The notes beneath the pieces are model-generated. The model searched no databases, had not been told where the DNA came from, and saw nothing but the letters and a program-made list of their open reading frames with translations. Position numbers and translations under genes: made by a program. Of a DNA stretch of 64,000 nt, positions 14,425 through 27,121 are shown piece after piece (the stretch's first letter is position 1; every line of letters starts with the position of its first letter). Source of the stretch: Epiperipatus broadwayi (Eukaryota; Animalia; Onychophora); assembly GCA_028023455.1 (NCBI GenBank), contig JAQFVV010000003.1:1054001-1118000 (forward strand), given 5' to 3'.

Positions 14425-14602
14425 TTAATATTAAAATGTTCACTAGATGCAGCATACCAATAGCTCCAATCAAGCTTTAATCATAAGTGCTGAAAGAGAA
14501 AGAATTCAAAATCTCTATCAGAATGTCCTCATCTATAGACCAATTGGTTTCAAGCTTACGGCTCATCTCAGTGAGGAGCTAGGACTTCAGACACTAGATC
14601 TA
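14425..14602 (-). mobile_element. Family A' variant with hammerhead-like core and longer palindromic stem III
   Basis: - strand reads ctcctca-CTGAGA-tgagccgtaagctt-GAAA-CCAATTG-GTC. Shares agctcctcactga and tagatct with family A but has a different 3' body. Confidence 0.6.
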
Positions 14603-14798
14603 AAATACCATCTCAAAAATTAGCAATTATCTAATACATTACTACTTGAAAATATGAATTTTTCAGGCACATAAATATCTTCAAATCCAGCCATTCAAAC
14701 CAAATAGCTATATGGGTCTGACTGTTCAGTTTCACTATATATTAATAGCGTCACTAATATAACATTGCCAAAGCCTGCCTCAAGGGTACACTTATAAT

Positions 14799-14907
14799 AT
14801 TAATAAAAACAAATCACAAATAGTGTAACTTGCTCTCTCTAGTGAACATTTTAATTTTAGTACAAGCTTAAAGCAAGTTACACTATTTGTGATTTGTTTT
14901 TATTAAT
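14799..14907. repeat. Perfect 36-bp inverted repeat with 37-nt loop
   Basis: 14799-14834 is the exact reverse complement of 14872-14907. Confidence 0.9.
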
Positions 14908-15659
14908 AATATATTAAAAGTTTATTCATTTTGATATAAGTGAATATGAAAAGAAAAACCAATCGTATTTAATTTTTTATTTTTTTATTATTTTCTTTGT
15001 TTTCCCCCTTAGTACTAACACCTTCAAAGTAAAAGATTTTTATTTAATAATTGAAAATCAACTTAACTTGTAGAAGAGGAGGCATGATTTGTATAACTTT
15101 ATGATTCAATTTTCTAGTCTTGTGATCTAGATGTCATAAAATATAGTTGCTAATGCAATGTAAGTAAAGAATATATACTAGTTTGGATTTATTTATATGT
15201 GAAGTACCTCAAGTTGTAATGATTAAAGTTTCTTCCTGCCAGTCATATGATGTAGAATATATTTTGGTAAATCTTGAAAGATTTTTCAATCGAGTTCTTT
15301 TTCTTTTGATAGATTCCATAGCCAATTCAACTAATTATTCAGTTCCTAATGTGCAGTAGTGCCCAAGCTAAATATCCCAGAAATCATCTCCAGATGATTA
15401 ACATCCAATTGAAAAGAAGTTAAATTCTTGCTCTGCTATTAGATTGCTCGATTATTATCTTATCTGCAGACATGTTAATGATATGATTATCTTTTATTAT
15501 CGAATATAAATAATGAAATAGTTTACTGTTCGGGATTCATAAGAATGACATAACTGGACTATGATCTATAGACTTTAATTCCAGAGCCTGTTACTTTACT
15601 GTTAGACTAAGTTACCCAGGAGTATTCTCCAGTCAGAGTAAATAAATAATCTTTAAATA

Positions 15660-15890
15660 GCCCATTGCAGAGCAAAAATCTCTCCCACAGCCAATCATAG
15701 AACAGTGAAAAAAGATGACTTCATTCATCAGACTTCGCCATTTGCTGAGTGGCAAGTGTTTGAGTAGTTATCCGTTTTGTTTTATCCTTTAGCTTAATTA
15801 GATTTTCATTTACTGACAGATATTTGAATGATTTTTCTATTAATGTATTTGGGCAATTCAAACCCAGGTTGTAGGCATGGCAGTATGGTA
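15660..15890 (+). promoter_or_regulatory. Candidate intronic promoter (CpG-retaining; CCAAT box and YY1-like motif)
   Basis: AGCCAATCA at 15689-15697 and CGCCATTT at 15736-15743, inside a CpG-retaining stretch of about 15270-16760. Motif-level evidence only. Confidence 0.3.
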
Positions 15891-16867
15891 ATCAGCGTTT
15901 AGCTATTTTTTTAGCTGGAGGATAAAAGAACCAAATGACTACATGGATCGCACGAGATATTTATTTTTATCTTTTATGCTTCCATGCCTCTGTTTTTCAA
16001 GTAATCTATTTATTTATACATATATGCAAGATTATTTATTTACGCGTTCGGATAATTTAATGTTGAAAATAATAAAATTATCCTATATAATCTCAGACAT
16101 TTATTCACTTTTAATCATAAAATATTTTGCTGTGATATTTTAATTTTTCTTCACAAGAGGGCACAACTGCTTGAACAGTTTAAAACTGACCAAGATAAAG
16201 GAAAATCATTGCCATACCATATACGTGTATTTATTGCATGTTTTCTGTTCATGTTATCTTTAAAATTTCCAAAGACATAAACAAACTATATATAAACTTG
16301 TGTATAGAAGAAGCAACTAGACTTAAACGAGACAAAACAACTGAATTCTAGAAAAAAGATATATAAAAGCTTTCATTGAATTTTAATTATTAATAAAGAT
16401 TATTTCATTACAGTTAACAGATGCACTTACAAATACCTCACATATATAAATGCGTGCACACACAAATTCTATAATTAATGCAGAGTATTTTCACCGCATA
16501 AATATAAATATTCATGCAATTTGCAATTCGCTTGTTTATTTTATTCGCTACAGACTATTTAACGCCCCCTCCCCCTGTAATCATTTAAAATGATTAATCA
16601 AAGTAGTATATAGTCGAAGCTACGGTCATTAAAAATTCATAAATATCTTTTAACTCTTAAATAATTAATGATAATGAGGAAAAAATAATTCAATATATGT
16701 AAAAAAAAAAAGATTAATTTATTAATTTCTTTTTTAAAATATTTTTATGTGCGTAGGCATTAAGAAATATCTTAAAACACATGTGTAAATTGGCCACATA
16801 AATATCTTAAAATATATATAATGACTACATTTGGTGAAAAAGCAGATGCAAAAAAAGGAATAAACAT

Positions 16868-17215
16868 CACATGATCACCATTTCTTATGCTTGCTTATAA
16901 CTGTTATTAAAACAGGTAAAACTTTCTACGCATATTGCCACTCAGTGCAAGTCAGAGTAATTAATGGATGCCAGAAGGCTTGTGTCTAAAATCCCATCTA
17001 GTGCCTATTCATCCAATATCCCCAGATTAATTTCTGGCTTGGTGCAGTGCTCTCACATCCAATGCTTATCACTGATGAAGGCCACAAGTCGGAAACTAGT
17101 CTGGGGATATTGGATGAATAGGCACTAAATGGGGATTTTATGCACAAGCCTTCTGGCATCCATTGATTACTCTGGCTTGCACTGAGTATCAGTATGTATA
17201 GAAAGTTTTGCCTGC
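16868..17215. mobile_element. Family A element, head-to-head inverted pair
   Basis: Complete left terminus cacatgatcacc. + strand HHR CTGATGA (17072-17078)-aggccacaagtcg-GAAA-CTAG-TC-tgggg. Degenerate flanking repeat tgcaaa.aaaggaa.aa at about 16847 and 17213. Confidence 0.9.
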
Positions 17216-17379
17216 AAATAAAGGAAAAAGTAACTTATTGGCTTGGCCTATAGATAAAACATTTTAGCAGTAACTATTGCCTCATATTTCTATTGCATTT
17301 GTGTGTGGGGGGGGGGTTCTCATCTGTAAACACTTACTCTAGATTCATTTACTATAAGTCTGGGTAATCAATCAACTTC

Positions 17380-18480
17380 AGATGGACAAGTGCTATAATA
17401 TCCTCACTCTTAAACTGATTTCTGACCTTTTTCTTTGTGAATGAAGATCTCAAATTTCAAACTGGAATTAATGCATTTTTGCATTTAACAATCACCTTTT
17501 ACTCCTATCTTTGGCTAGAAAGGTTAAGTTTAGAGAATCATGTGATAATATTGTTTGTTGATATTTAACATCTTAACATATCTACACACAAATTCTGAAA
17601 TTAATAGAATGTTCTTACCATGTGTATACATTCAATCTATAATAGATTTTTACTTTTATCCTTTAGAAAATACCTGCTGGCATGCAGACATGAAAGTAAG
17701 CTGTTGAGTTTAAAAAAATAACATCCTGATCTTATAAAAAAAAAGAAAATTTGTTTTCTAAAAAATATGTCGGTTTCAGTCAAGATTTTGAATCTTTGGT
17801 TATGGATCTGCAGGATATTGAGGCTATTCATATATTCAAATCAGTAAACCAACTTAAGAATTATGTATCATGCAAATATTCTTTATCTAAAGCCAGATTA
17901 AATATTTAGGCATCAAAGTACTATTATCAAAGGTTGAGACTTTATTATATTTGTAATAATTCATCATCATTTGGCACTGCTTTAATTTTGTTTATAATAT
18001 TATACCGAGCTTCTCTATTATCATTTTAGGTATTCTAAAAAAGTATGACTAGTCCTCCATAAATCATTTGCATCAAAGACATGGGAAAAGATTACTGTTC
18101 AGGAAAATACATTCTCCAGTACCCAAAATAATAAGGAGGCAATAATAATATTCCTCAGACTAATCAAAAGCCAGATTGAAAAGATTGATGCTTTTCATCC
18201 CATGTTTTTATCCTCCAAATAAAAAGTGTGAAATACTTATTTACTATCAATAATTATGGGCAGCTGCAATGGCTCTAGACCACATATATGGATGGGAAAT
18301 TTTCTATCCAAAGATAGTTTTTCACTAGTCAATGGTGCTATCGCCAATAAATAACAACTAATGTTGGCAGTAGTTTGGCAGTGTTTATCATTTTGACACA
18401 ATTTGGTCTAGCATCTTAATTTTAGAACTAAATTATGAAAAAGTTTTATTAATATTTTTAGAAATTTGAAAAAATAAATC
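17380..18480 (-). mobile_element. Decayed non-LTR retrotransposon RT fragment (clade unassigned)
   Basis: - strand GMKSINLFNLAFD resembles the RT motif G..QG..LSP.LFNLA.D; many stops and frameshifts. Confidence 0.35.
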
Positions 18481-18994
18481 TTCATCCCCCTTCCTCCTCT
18501 TTAAATCTATCATATCTCTTAATCTTCACTTGATTTAGTAGTTCATATATTATCTATCATTCCCTCATTCTAATCATATCACTTAAATTGATTACTATCC
18601 CTCACATGAGTATCCCAAAACAATCTTATATGAGTTGGAACATGAAAAAAATTTTAATAATCATATATTTTAAGAAATAATTTTTTTATTGTTTCTTCTC
18701 TGTGGACAGACATGGGAAAAAACATTTGCTCTATGGTGTCTCATTGAAATGTCATTTTAATTATAAAATGCTACATTATCAGTTTTTATAAATAGCTAAT
18801 GAACTTTATATCATTACTTTTTCTTTTCATCCATTCATTATTGTTTTGTATTAAATGTGTTTATAATACAAAAATGTTTACATAAGACCCAATTTTTTAT
18901 TTGACATCACCATCATTTTTATTGTTATTGCTATTATTATGAACTGAGTAATATCTTCATGTTCAAACAGATTGTCCTATATAAATAAGAATTT

Positions 18995-19520
18995 AGGTTA
19001 AAGATAAGGTGGCCACCTTTATCTTTATAAAGTTACCATCTTTGGTTTGGGTTTGAGAGTTTTCTCTGTACTCAACATGACATCATTGAACTATTATATA
19101 AATTTTTAAGGCACATATGTGAAAAAGATGAAATCCTTTTTCTTTAATTATATTCATCTTCTGCGCTTAATAAATAAATTTAAAAGTCACATAGTTTCTA
19201 TTAATTCTTAATATTGACTCATAGTAAATCAAAAATTTTTACATGTGTTAATGTGAGAAAAAAAATATTGGATGTAAAAGTGAACAGAGTAATATTTTTA
19301 CACCTTTAAACCAAAACACTTCAGAAGAATTTAGATTAAAGATAAGATGGCCACTCTTTGAATCTTGTGCTTGGGTTTGAGAATTTCCTCTGCACTCAAC
19401 AGGACATCTGTTAGCTATTATATAAATTATTAAGGTGCGTATGTGAAAAAGAAGAAATCCTTTCTCTTTAATTACATACGTCTTATGTGTTTAATAAATA
19501 CATTTGAATGTTTAATATTA
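18995..19520 (+). repeat. Family E tandem pair (338-nt period) starting at a GGCC-centred hairpin
   Basis: About 200-nt direct repeats starting aaagataag at 19000 and 19338. Hairpin aaagataaggt-ggcc-acctttatcttt at 19000-19026. Confidence 0.75.
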
Positions 19521-20574
19521 TTATTATTATGATGTTGCTGCTGATGATGATATTTTTCAATAGATATGTTATTTGGACAGAGCTATTTGAAAAATTCAGC
19601 AATGTTCTATTCTTGAAAAATTATAATTTTACTATCCTGTATATTTTTTGAATGATAATAGATATATTAAAGTACTATATATATATAATCCATGAAAATA
19701 ATAAATATAGAACTAACTAAAGGAAAAATAAAAACATAGAATTACTTCTCTATAAAACTGCTTTAAGACCAGCAGACGGGTGAAAACCAGTTTACTGGTT
19801 GAAATATTAAAGCCGTTTTATAGAGAAGTAATTCTGTGTTTTTATTATATATATATATGCTAATAAGTTAATCTAATAACAAGTGGCCATCTCTTTTACT
19901 CATGAAAATGTTTACTACTGAAAGAAACTGCTGAAAGTTGATGTTTATTTGTAAGATTTCATAGTAATTATTTATTAGAAGCTGTCTTATCTGCCAACTG
20001 TGGTTTAAATGCAATTTAAAATATGCTTGAAGATTTAAATCAATATAGCAAGCCATGCAATACTGGTTAACAAATAAATATTTTAGCTATTCTAAACTGA
20101 TAGATAAAGCTCCTGGAATATGCAAAGTTAGCTATAAGAATGTTGATATATATTGATGATAAAAATATAAGCATGATTGTAAAACACTGCTAAGTTGCCT
20201 ATTGATTGGGAAGTATTGTTCTCTAATAAATAATGAGTCATAAGTTTATATGGCCATCAAATAAATCTAATAAACTATAAATATTTAATTCTGTTGTTAG
20301 TTTGTCCTAAATATTCTAAATTTAATAAAAAAAATTAAGTATATTGTAAGCAGAATTCCTTGTCTTTTGTTTTAATCTTGTTTAAGTATACTATGCTTAA
20401 ATTATAGTATTGAATCATGTAGGAGAAGCAAATGATCACATATCCCCTCAATTGTTTTTGTAAATAAAATAAACATTTAGAATATTCATTTAAGTTAGAA
20501 TTATTATTTCTGTTAATTAGACTATAGATATAAAATGATCAAATGGTTGTTTATTGTTTAGTAGCTCATAAGAA

Positions 20575-20650
20575 ATTCCAGCACCGGTAGTGGTGGAGTT
20601 GAGCCACAACTATGGACCCCAAGTTCCAGAACTACTACTGTACCATTACT
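20575..20650 (-). mobile_element. Decayed tRNA-derived SINE head (family S2)
   Basis: - strand gtaatggta...ctggaacttggggtcc...ggctcaactcc. Similar degenerate heads at about 13395-13460, 15545-15625, 37495-37565 and 49895-49975, all on the - strand. Confidence 0.4.
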
Positions 20651-21971
20651 TCAAAACCACAAGACATTATATGAAGTATTATTGAAATAAAATAAGCTCT
20701 GTAAGCAAGTCAGTGGTGTTTTTAAGGCCATGGGGTTTTTTTTTCTTGGGAAACATGTTCAAAAAATTAAAGAATTAATAACTAAATTTTTATTCATATG
20801 GCTGAAAATTATTTCATGTCACAATAGGCTTTGGAATTTTCTTTCAAATTAGCAGACTCTTAATTGTTTGGTAAACAGGTATATAAATAATATTGGGAAG
20901 GGGGGATCTAAAGTTTATCTTATGATAAATGTTAATGTAGTAACTGTTAAAACAAAAATACTATTATAAGATTATCTTTAACACCAATAGAAAAAGGGTT
21001 CACTCCTGCAAGTTGTCATTATAGAAGCATGAAATCTTTATTTTTTTTAAAAAGTATTTATAATAATCAAAGATTTGGTTTGTATAAAGTAATGTAATGT
21101 TTGTTATATGATTGAGATTTTAAAAATGGCCTAATTTTGTCAAATTTATGATTAATTTTATATTTGTTATGGGAATTTTTAAACATTCACTTATTTTTGG
21201 AAGTTGTATTATTTACATGTCCATTTTATTTTGAAGTTTTTGTTTTAGTTATTATTGGATGTTTGTTTTATTATGTGTCTAATGCATTGAATAAGGATCT
21301 GAATATGGTATTTAATGTCTATTGTCACGAATTTGAGAGATTTGGGATATACGATTTGAATTGTGAAATAATCCATTCTATATTTTCTAAAAAGTTTGAT
21401 TTTTTTTATTATTGTGGTCAGTTAAGCTGATTGGGGTAAAATCATAATGGTATATATTAAATGAAATAGAATCTAATTAGAATATATATTTTTCATTAAG
21501 AATATGAATGGATATTATATGCTTTAACTATGATGTAAGGGTCTTGAGAGAGAGCCACTAACTCTGTTCCAATATGATAGTAATGTTTAGTGTAGTTATA
21601 GATTCAAGAGTTAATGATTTGGGTATCTTAGTTGAATCTGTCATATCACATAACTTCTGAATGACTAATTCTTTAATTGTTTTAAAATTGACTAAGATAA
21701 GTGCTATAATTGGATAACATATGACAATTCTTCCACACTTAAAATATTGTTTTATATTTTGGTTCAAGTATTTACTATTGTAAAATGTTTAAGAGAATTT
21801 TTTAAAAAATATATAATATAGTTTTCCAGATGTTAAAGAATATGTGATATGGGTAGTCAGTGCCATTTTGTGCTCATTTCCCCTAATTTTGGTATAATTA
21901 TTGAATTTTGCTAGCAAATAATATATATCTAGTAGAATTCTTTTAAACATGCTTCTTATAAGCCTAACCAT

Positions 21972-22157
21972 CACATGATCACCATTTCTTATGCTTGCTC
22001 ATAACTGTTATCGAAAGCCACAAGCTAGAAACTAGTCTGGGGATATTGGATGAGTAGGCACTAGGTAGGAATTTTATGCACAAGGCTTCTGGCATTCATT
22101 GATTACTCTGGCTTGCACTGAGTGGCACTACTGTATGGAGAGTTGTGACTGTTTTAA
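21972..22157. mobile_element. Family A element with exact 15-bp target-site duplication
   Basis: ataagcctaaccatc at 21958-21972 and 22157-22171 (overlapping each element end by 1 nt). Short - arm joined to a + arm that starts inside the HHR (gaaagccacaagctaGAAACTAGTC). Confidence 0.9.
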
Positions 22158-22508
22158 TAAGCCTAACCATCCAATTAAATATTTGTAATGTTATTAAACA
22201 TCTTTTTTGGTTTGTTTGAATTATAAATATTTATTATTTCAAAAGCTTTGACAAAATGAATCGGTTTTATTAAAGTAAAATTTATGCTAATAAAATTGCA
22301 ATTCATTATTATTTAAGCTTTGAAATGACTAGGTTTTTGAGACCTTTGCAACAGAAACATTTATTATAAGTTTGAATAATCAATGAACTCTAGTTTATGA
22401 CTATTGATGTTGGTTCTTGGGTGGTGAAAACTTTGTTTGCAACATATATATGCGAAAGTGTTTGTTATTAGCGATATATTTAATACATGAAATTTTATTA
22501 TTTTATAG

Positions 22509-22550
22509 GAGCAAATGCAAGAAGTTTTGGATGCTATGTTTGAAAGAAAG
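22509..22550 (+). CDS. PRKAR2: PKA type II regulatory subunit, internal coding exon (EQMQEVLDAMFERK)
   Basis: 42-nt exon between ttttatag and gtaag, phase 0/0. Translation matches the RII motif EQxxQVLDAMFE at the start of cAMP-binding domain A. Confidence 0.95.
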
Positions 22551-23829
22551 GTAAGAATATATTTTTATATAATTTCTATTAAAAATATTAAAAAAACACT
22601 AGTTCATTATAATTTTGAGTCTGTATTTAATTAAAATACAAATATTTTTAGTATTAAAATTTTTATTATTAATTTTGAAGTACTAAATCATCCTGCTTTA
22701 TTTCAGGATATCCGATGCCATTAGTTTTGCTTATAATTTATTTTCAGATATTTTATTTACATATTAAAATCTATATGTTGAACTTAAATTTATCAACTGA
22801 TTCAGAAATGTGTCTTATGGATTACTTTCATCTTTTTTTTTGGTATTTTTCTTTAGTAAAACACTTTAAAGTTGTTGGCAAATTTAAGTTAATGATATAA
22901 GTTGTGCATATTCAAAATTAATGTATGAGATAAAAATTAGTCTAAGTAAAAATTAGATATATTTAACCTTTTAAAACATTATTATCAAAGTTAATTTTAT
23001 CAATTAGATTAATATCTAAACTTTGTAAGAAGTATCATTCGAAATAATGATGCTTATAATTTGTTATAATTAAAATCTAATGTTATTCTAGTGTTATATT
23101 ATCTTTTATTTAAGTTGTGCATGTGTGTATATGTCTTTATGTCACATTTAAAATATTTAAGAAAAGTTTCATAGTAGAGTGATTAGTGCAATAACATTTT
23201 GAATCCAAACATTTTTTTAAGTTAGCTGAACATTCAGTTAATTAATTAATAATCAATCCCTTATTGATTGATAAGTGGTTATCTAGCTATTCCTAGATAA
23301 AAAGTAGAACAATGAAGGAATGTCATTCTTTTATTACTTTGCTAGGAAGGAATATTAGAAATACTTTTACTTGCAGTGGAAGATTTAAAGACTTTTTTTG
23401 TCATATGAGGGTTAATTCAACAAATAAAATTTGTAAATTAGCAAGATAAAGAAATGTTTAGTCTTTTAAATAACTATAATATTAAAATACTTCTCTGTAT
23501 AATCACCTTAAACATTTGCATTAGGAACAGTTAATTTGCTCTGTATTTGCTACTTCAGAGCCATCTATTATGAGTTTGAGTTGTTATTTAGTGTTTGGGT
23601 TTTTTTTTAGTCAGTTTAACTATTAACAAAACATCATAAAGGAATTTGTAGAGATTTCAACTTTTAGGAGATAGATTCCCATGGCTCTATTAAATTTGTC
23701 AATTCTAGCATTGTAGCCATTGTGGTCATGATTTATATTTATCCATGCTACCTAGGTCAGTGGTTGATAAATTTCTTTTATGAGTCAGATGAGTGCACTA
23801 GCCATGAGTGGTTCTGAATCTCATGCCTT

Positions 23830-26560
23830 GGGTTGTTGTATATCAATTGATACAACTCTGTACTGAGAAAAAAAAATTGTTTGAACCTTGCACATTTTTT
23901 GTTGAAAATCCAGAAAAGGGGATCTTGATATGAGACAAGTTTTAAGGTGGTAAAACTATATTTTGAGTTATTGCAAAGACTTACCTACTTAAAGGTTTTT
24001 ATATATTTTCTGTGAGGCAACTTTTCTTCTGATATCGGAAGGAACCACATCTGAAAAAATAGACAGCCACTGCATAGGTGTAGATTTGAGTATGTCAGTA
24101 ATATTTGTCATGGCAATATTTAATTGAGCAACTAGAAGTTTAGAATGTGAAAGAGGGCAGAATTTACCAGAAGAATGTGGTAGTGGTAAGCAGTTTGTCC
24201 ATATCACAACCCCAAATAGTGCCAGCCAGCTTTCCTAGATAGTTGATTATTTCTAGAAATTGTTTTAGATTTAAACTTAGATAAATGGGGACAGTTTATA
24301 ATCTAAAATAAGATTGTATATTAGACTCTTATTGTAAAAAGTTATTTTCTGATTATGAGACATTTCCTTGTTATCTAGATGAAAGGTTGAGCATACTCTC
24401 ATTGCTGATTAAGGATAATATCTCAAAATTTTAAATCTTTTCATATCTTTATTAAACAACTTTACTTTTAGAGGAAAGATTCTCTTTTCTAAAGTCAAAA
24501 TACTGTCATCAGTATAAATGAATTTTGTGTAGTAAGTTTTTTGAAGAATGATGAATATATTAAAAAAAATAAGTAAGAGAATTGATAGACTATTTTGTAA
24601 AATTTTATATCTATTAAGATAATTATCTAATATCATTTAATTTTTTCCTTTGCAAAGCATTTTCTCAAGTAAAAATGGTCTTGTTTTTGCATTTAAGGAT
24701 TTTAGAAATTGTTAAAAGACTATTTTTTTCAAAGTGAATCATAAGCTGAGATTAAATCAGTAAAGGTAGCATAAGTTTTTAATTTATTTTGAAAATATTT
24801 TTCAGTGTAAATAGTTTTTCACAGCAGCTTCTTTCTATTCTAGATCAGCGTGCTCTATAAGAAAATGACTCAACTATTGGCATAATTTTTATGATTTTTT
24901 AAAAGATCTTTTCAGGGACAGATTACATGATAATTTTGGGATCATTGTTGGATTTATTTGATTTTATGATCACTATAGTATTATATTTTGACAAATTATT
25001 GATAATGTTATTGAATAGTTTTACCAACCATGTTTTAGCTTTAAGTTTTAAATTCTTTAAAAAATCTGAGCGTGTATTGTTTCTTCCATGGTTTTTTCTG
25101 GTTTAACACAATTCAGGTCAAGTTTAAATTCCAAGTTTTCTTTCTATTGCATTACTCCATTTTTCTTTTTTGGCATTATCTGGTCATTTTACAATTATAT
25201 TAGCAACTTTGTAAAACAGAAATTGGATACAAAGACCACTGCTGCTTTTGTTCCAACCTGGAATGAATTATTTTTGATAAACACAAAAGATAAATCCTTT
25301 CAAAACTATTATTATACCAATCATAGAAAGAGGAAATTCTATTAATATTCCATTCAAGTTATAGTAGAACATCTGTAGTTAGCTTTTTTAAATTCCATTT
25401 TGGTTCAAGTATGGGAATATAGATTCCAAAATGTCTATGAGTAAAAATCCAATATCAGTAGGTCAGTAAATAATAGTGAATCATTTGTTTGTCAAAACCA
25501 AATATAAATCAGGAAATGTCTTTCATTTTCATCTGTCTGAATGAAATATTCTTTCTTTTTGTCATTGCAAACTAAATTCGTGTTCTTTAAATGCACCTAT
25601 TCTAAAAGTTGACAACTTGGTCTATCCTTTCTCCAGGTCTAACTAAGAGAGGTGAAATCTTTTTTAAATACAAAAAATATAAGAAGATCTGAAAAAGGAA
25701 AATAGGATTAGTCTGTATTGAAAGATTTGTGAATATTGCATATATAAAAATTATCTATTCAAATGGTAGTTTCAGTATCTTTTGAACTATCTTCAAAAGA
25801 AATTGTTTGCTTCACAAAATGGTTTCGCATAAAGATAGCATTCTGTGTTTAGAATGCATTTTTTAAAGAATCAATGTAAATCCAGGAATTTGTGGAAGAT
25901 CCATATTATTAAAAGAATGATGAGAAGATTGATTTATAGAAAATATATTTGGCCTTGAAGAGTTTTATTTTTGTCACCACCACAGAATTGTTTTTCATTT
26001 CAAGAGTTAGCACAATCATCTCTCTCTCTCTGGAATAGCTATCCCTCCTTATTATTGCCAAAATTCACATCATACTTTTATTGTAAGTTTCCATAATTTG
26101 ATATATTTAGGCCAGAAGTTCATCAAGATGATCTAATTTCCATGTGGAAAAAATCTATTTCATATAATAATGCATACTATTTACAGATTAGGGCATCTTA
26201 TGAGTTTGAATAATCAATAGATACTAGATAGTAGCATTATGCTTTATCTCTCAAATAGTTTTTGGCTAATAACCTTCTTAAATGAATATCCAAGTTTTAG
26301 ATACATAAGAAACCTTGGCATTTACATCTTATATTATCCAAGCAAATAAGATTCAATTCAAAAATGTTTTAAGGTTCATGATAATAAATGTACATTTTAA
26401 TAACAATAAATTACTTAATTCTCCAGCTTACACAATATATGACAAAACTGTAGCAGTTTTCTATTATAGTGCCATTTATTGCAATCTTGAATAATCACTG
26501 AATATTAGATATGCCCTTTTGCATTTTAAATTCTCATCTTCAGATTGTTTTTTTGACATA
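23830..26560 (-). mobile_element. Decayed Vingi/Ingi-like LINE (endonuclease + RT + C-terminal region)
   Basis: - strand motifs RSCCEKLFTL and FTDLISAYD (RT). ORF 23989-24207 AQLNIAMTNITDILKSTPMQWLSIFSDVVPSDIRRKVA matches the QLN..MR.I.G...STP..WL..LS.I.PP..RR..A tail I recall for Vingi/Ingi-like elements; clade needs database confirmation. Confidence 0.7.
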
Positions 26561-27121
26561 GTTTTTCAAATCAATAAAGTGAATAAAAATATTCTTCCTT
26601 GACTATTTTACAATGTTTAACTATGTGCCAACACATTTGTTAGTTTCAATTCTATCTCTTTGTGTGACAAACTCAAAAGTTAATTGGAAAGCTTGATACT
26701 TTCATTGATTGTACATATGATACCATATTATTATGGGAATGTTGCTATTTCCAGAACAGTTCTTACTTAAAGAAAAGAAAACTTTTAAAATGATTCATTA
26801 TGAAATGTTATGAAGTAAAAGACTGACATTATTAATAAACACTCACTATTTGAAGATGTTTACTAAAAATTTATTCCAGACATGAAATTTTACCAGGATT
26901 ATTTCAAATTTCAACAATTAAATGTTTTACAGAATAAAATATAACTAATCAATAATAAAATTTAGTATTATGATATATATTTTAATTTCCTTAATTCTGG
27001 CTAAATACTTTTGTTTTAGCATAGGTGTTTCTAGATATAAGTATTATTCTTATATCTTCTCCTTTACTTTTTTTGCATTCCTTCACATATTCATATATAT
27101 ATATTACTTTTTATAAATCTC

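Noticed and set aside
15943-16143. ORF MDRTRYLF... as an alternative RII first exon
   Set aside because: The nearest donor (16001) gives phase 1, incompatible with the phase-0 exon at 22509; low-complexity hydrophobic translation typical of AT-rich noise.
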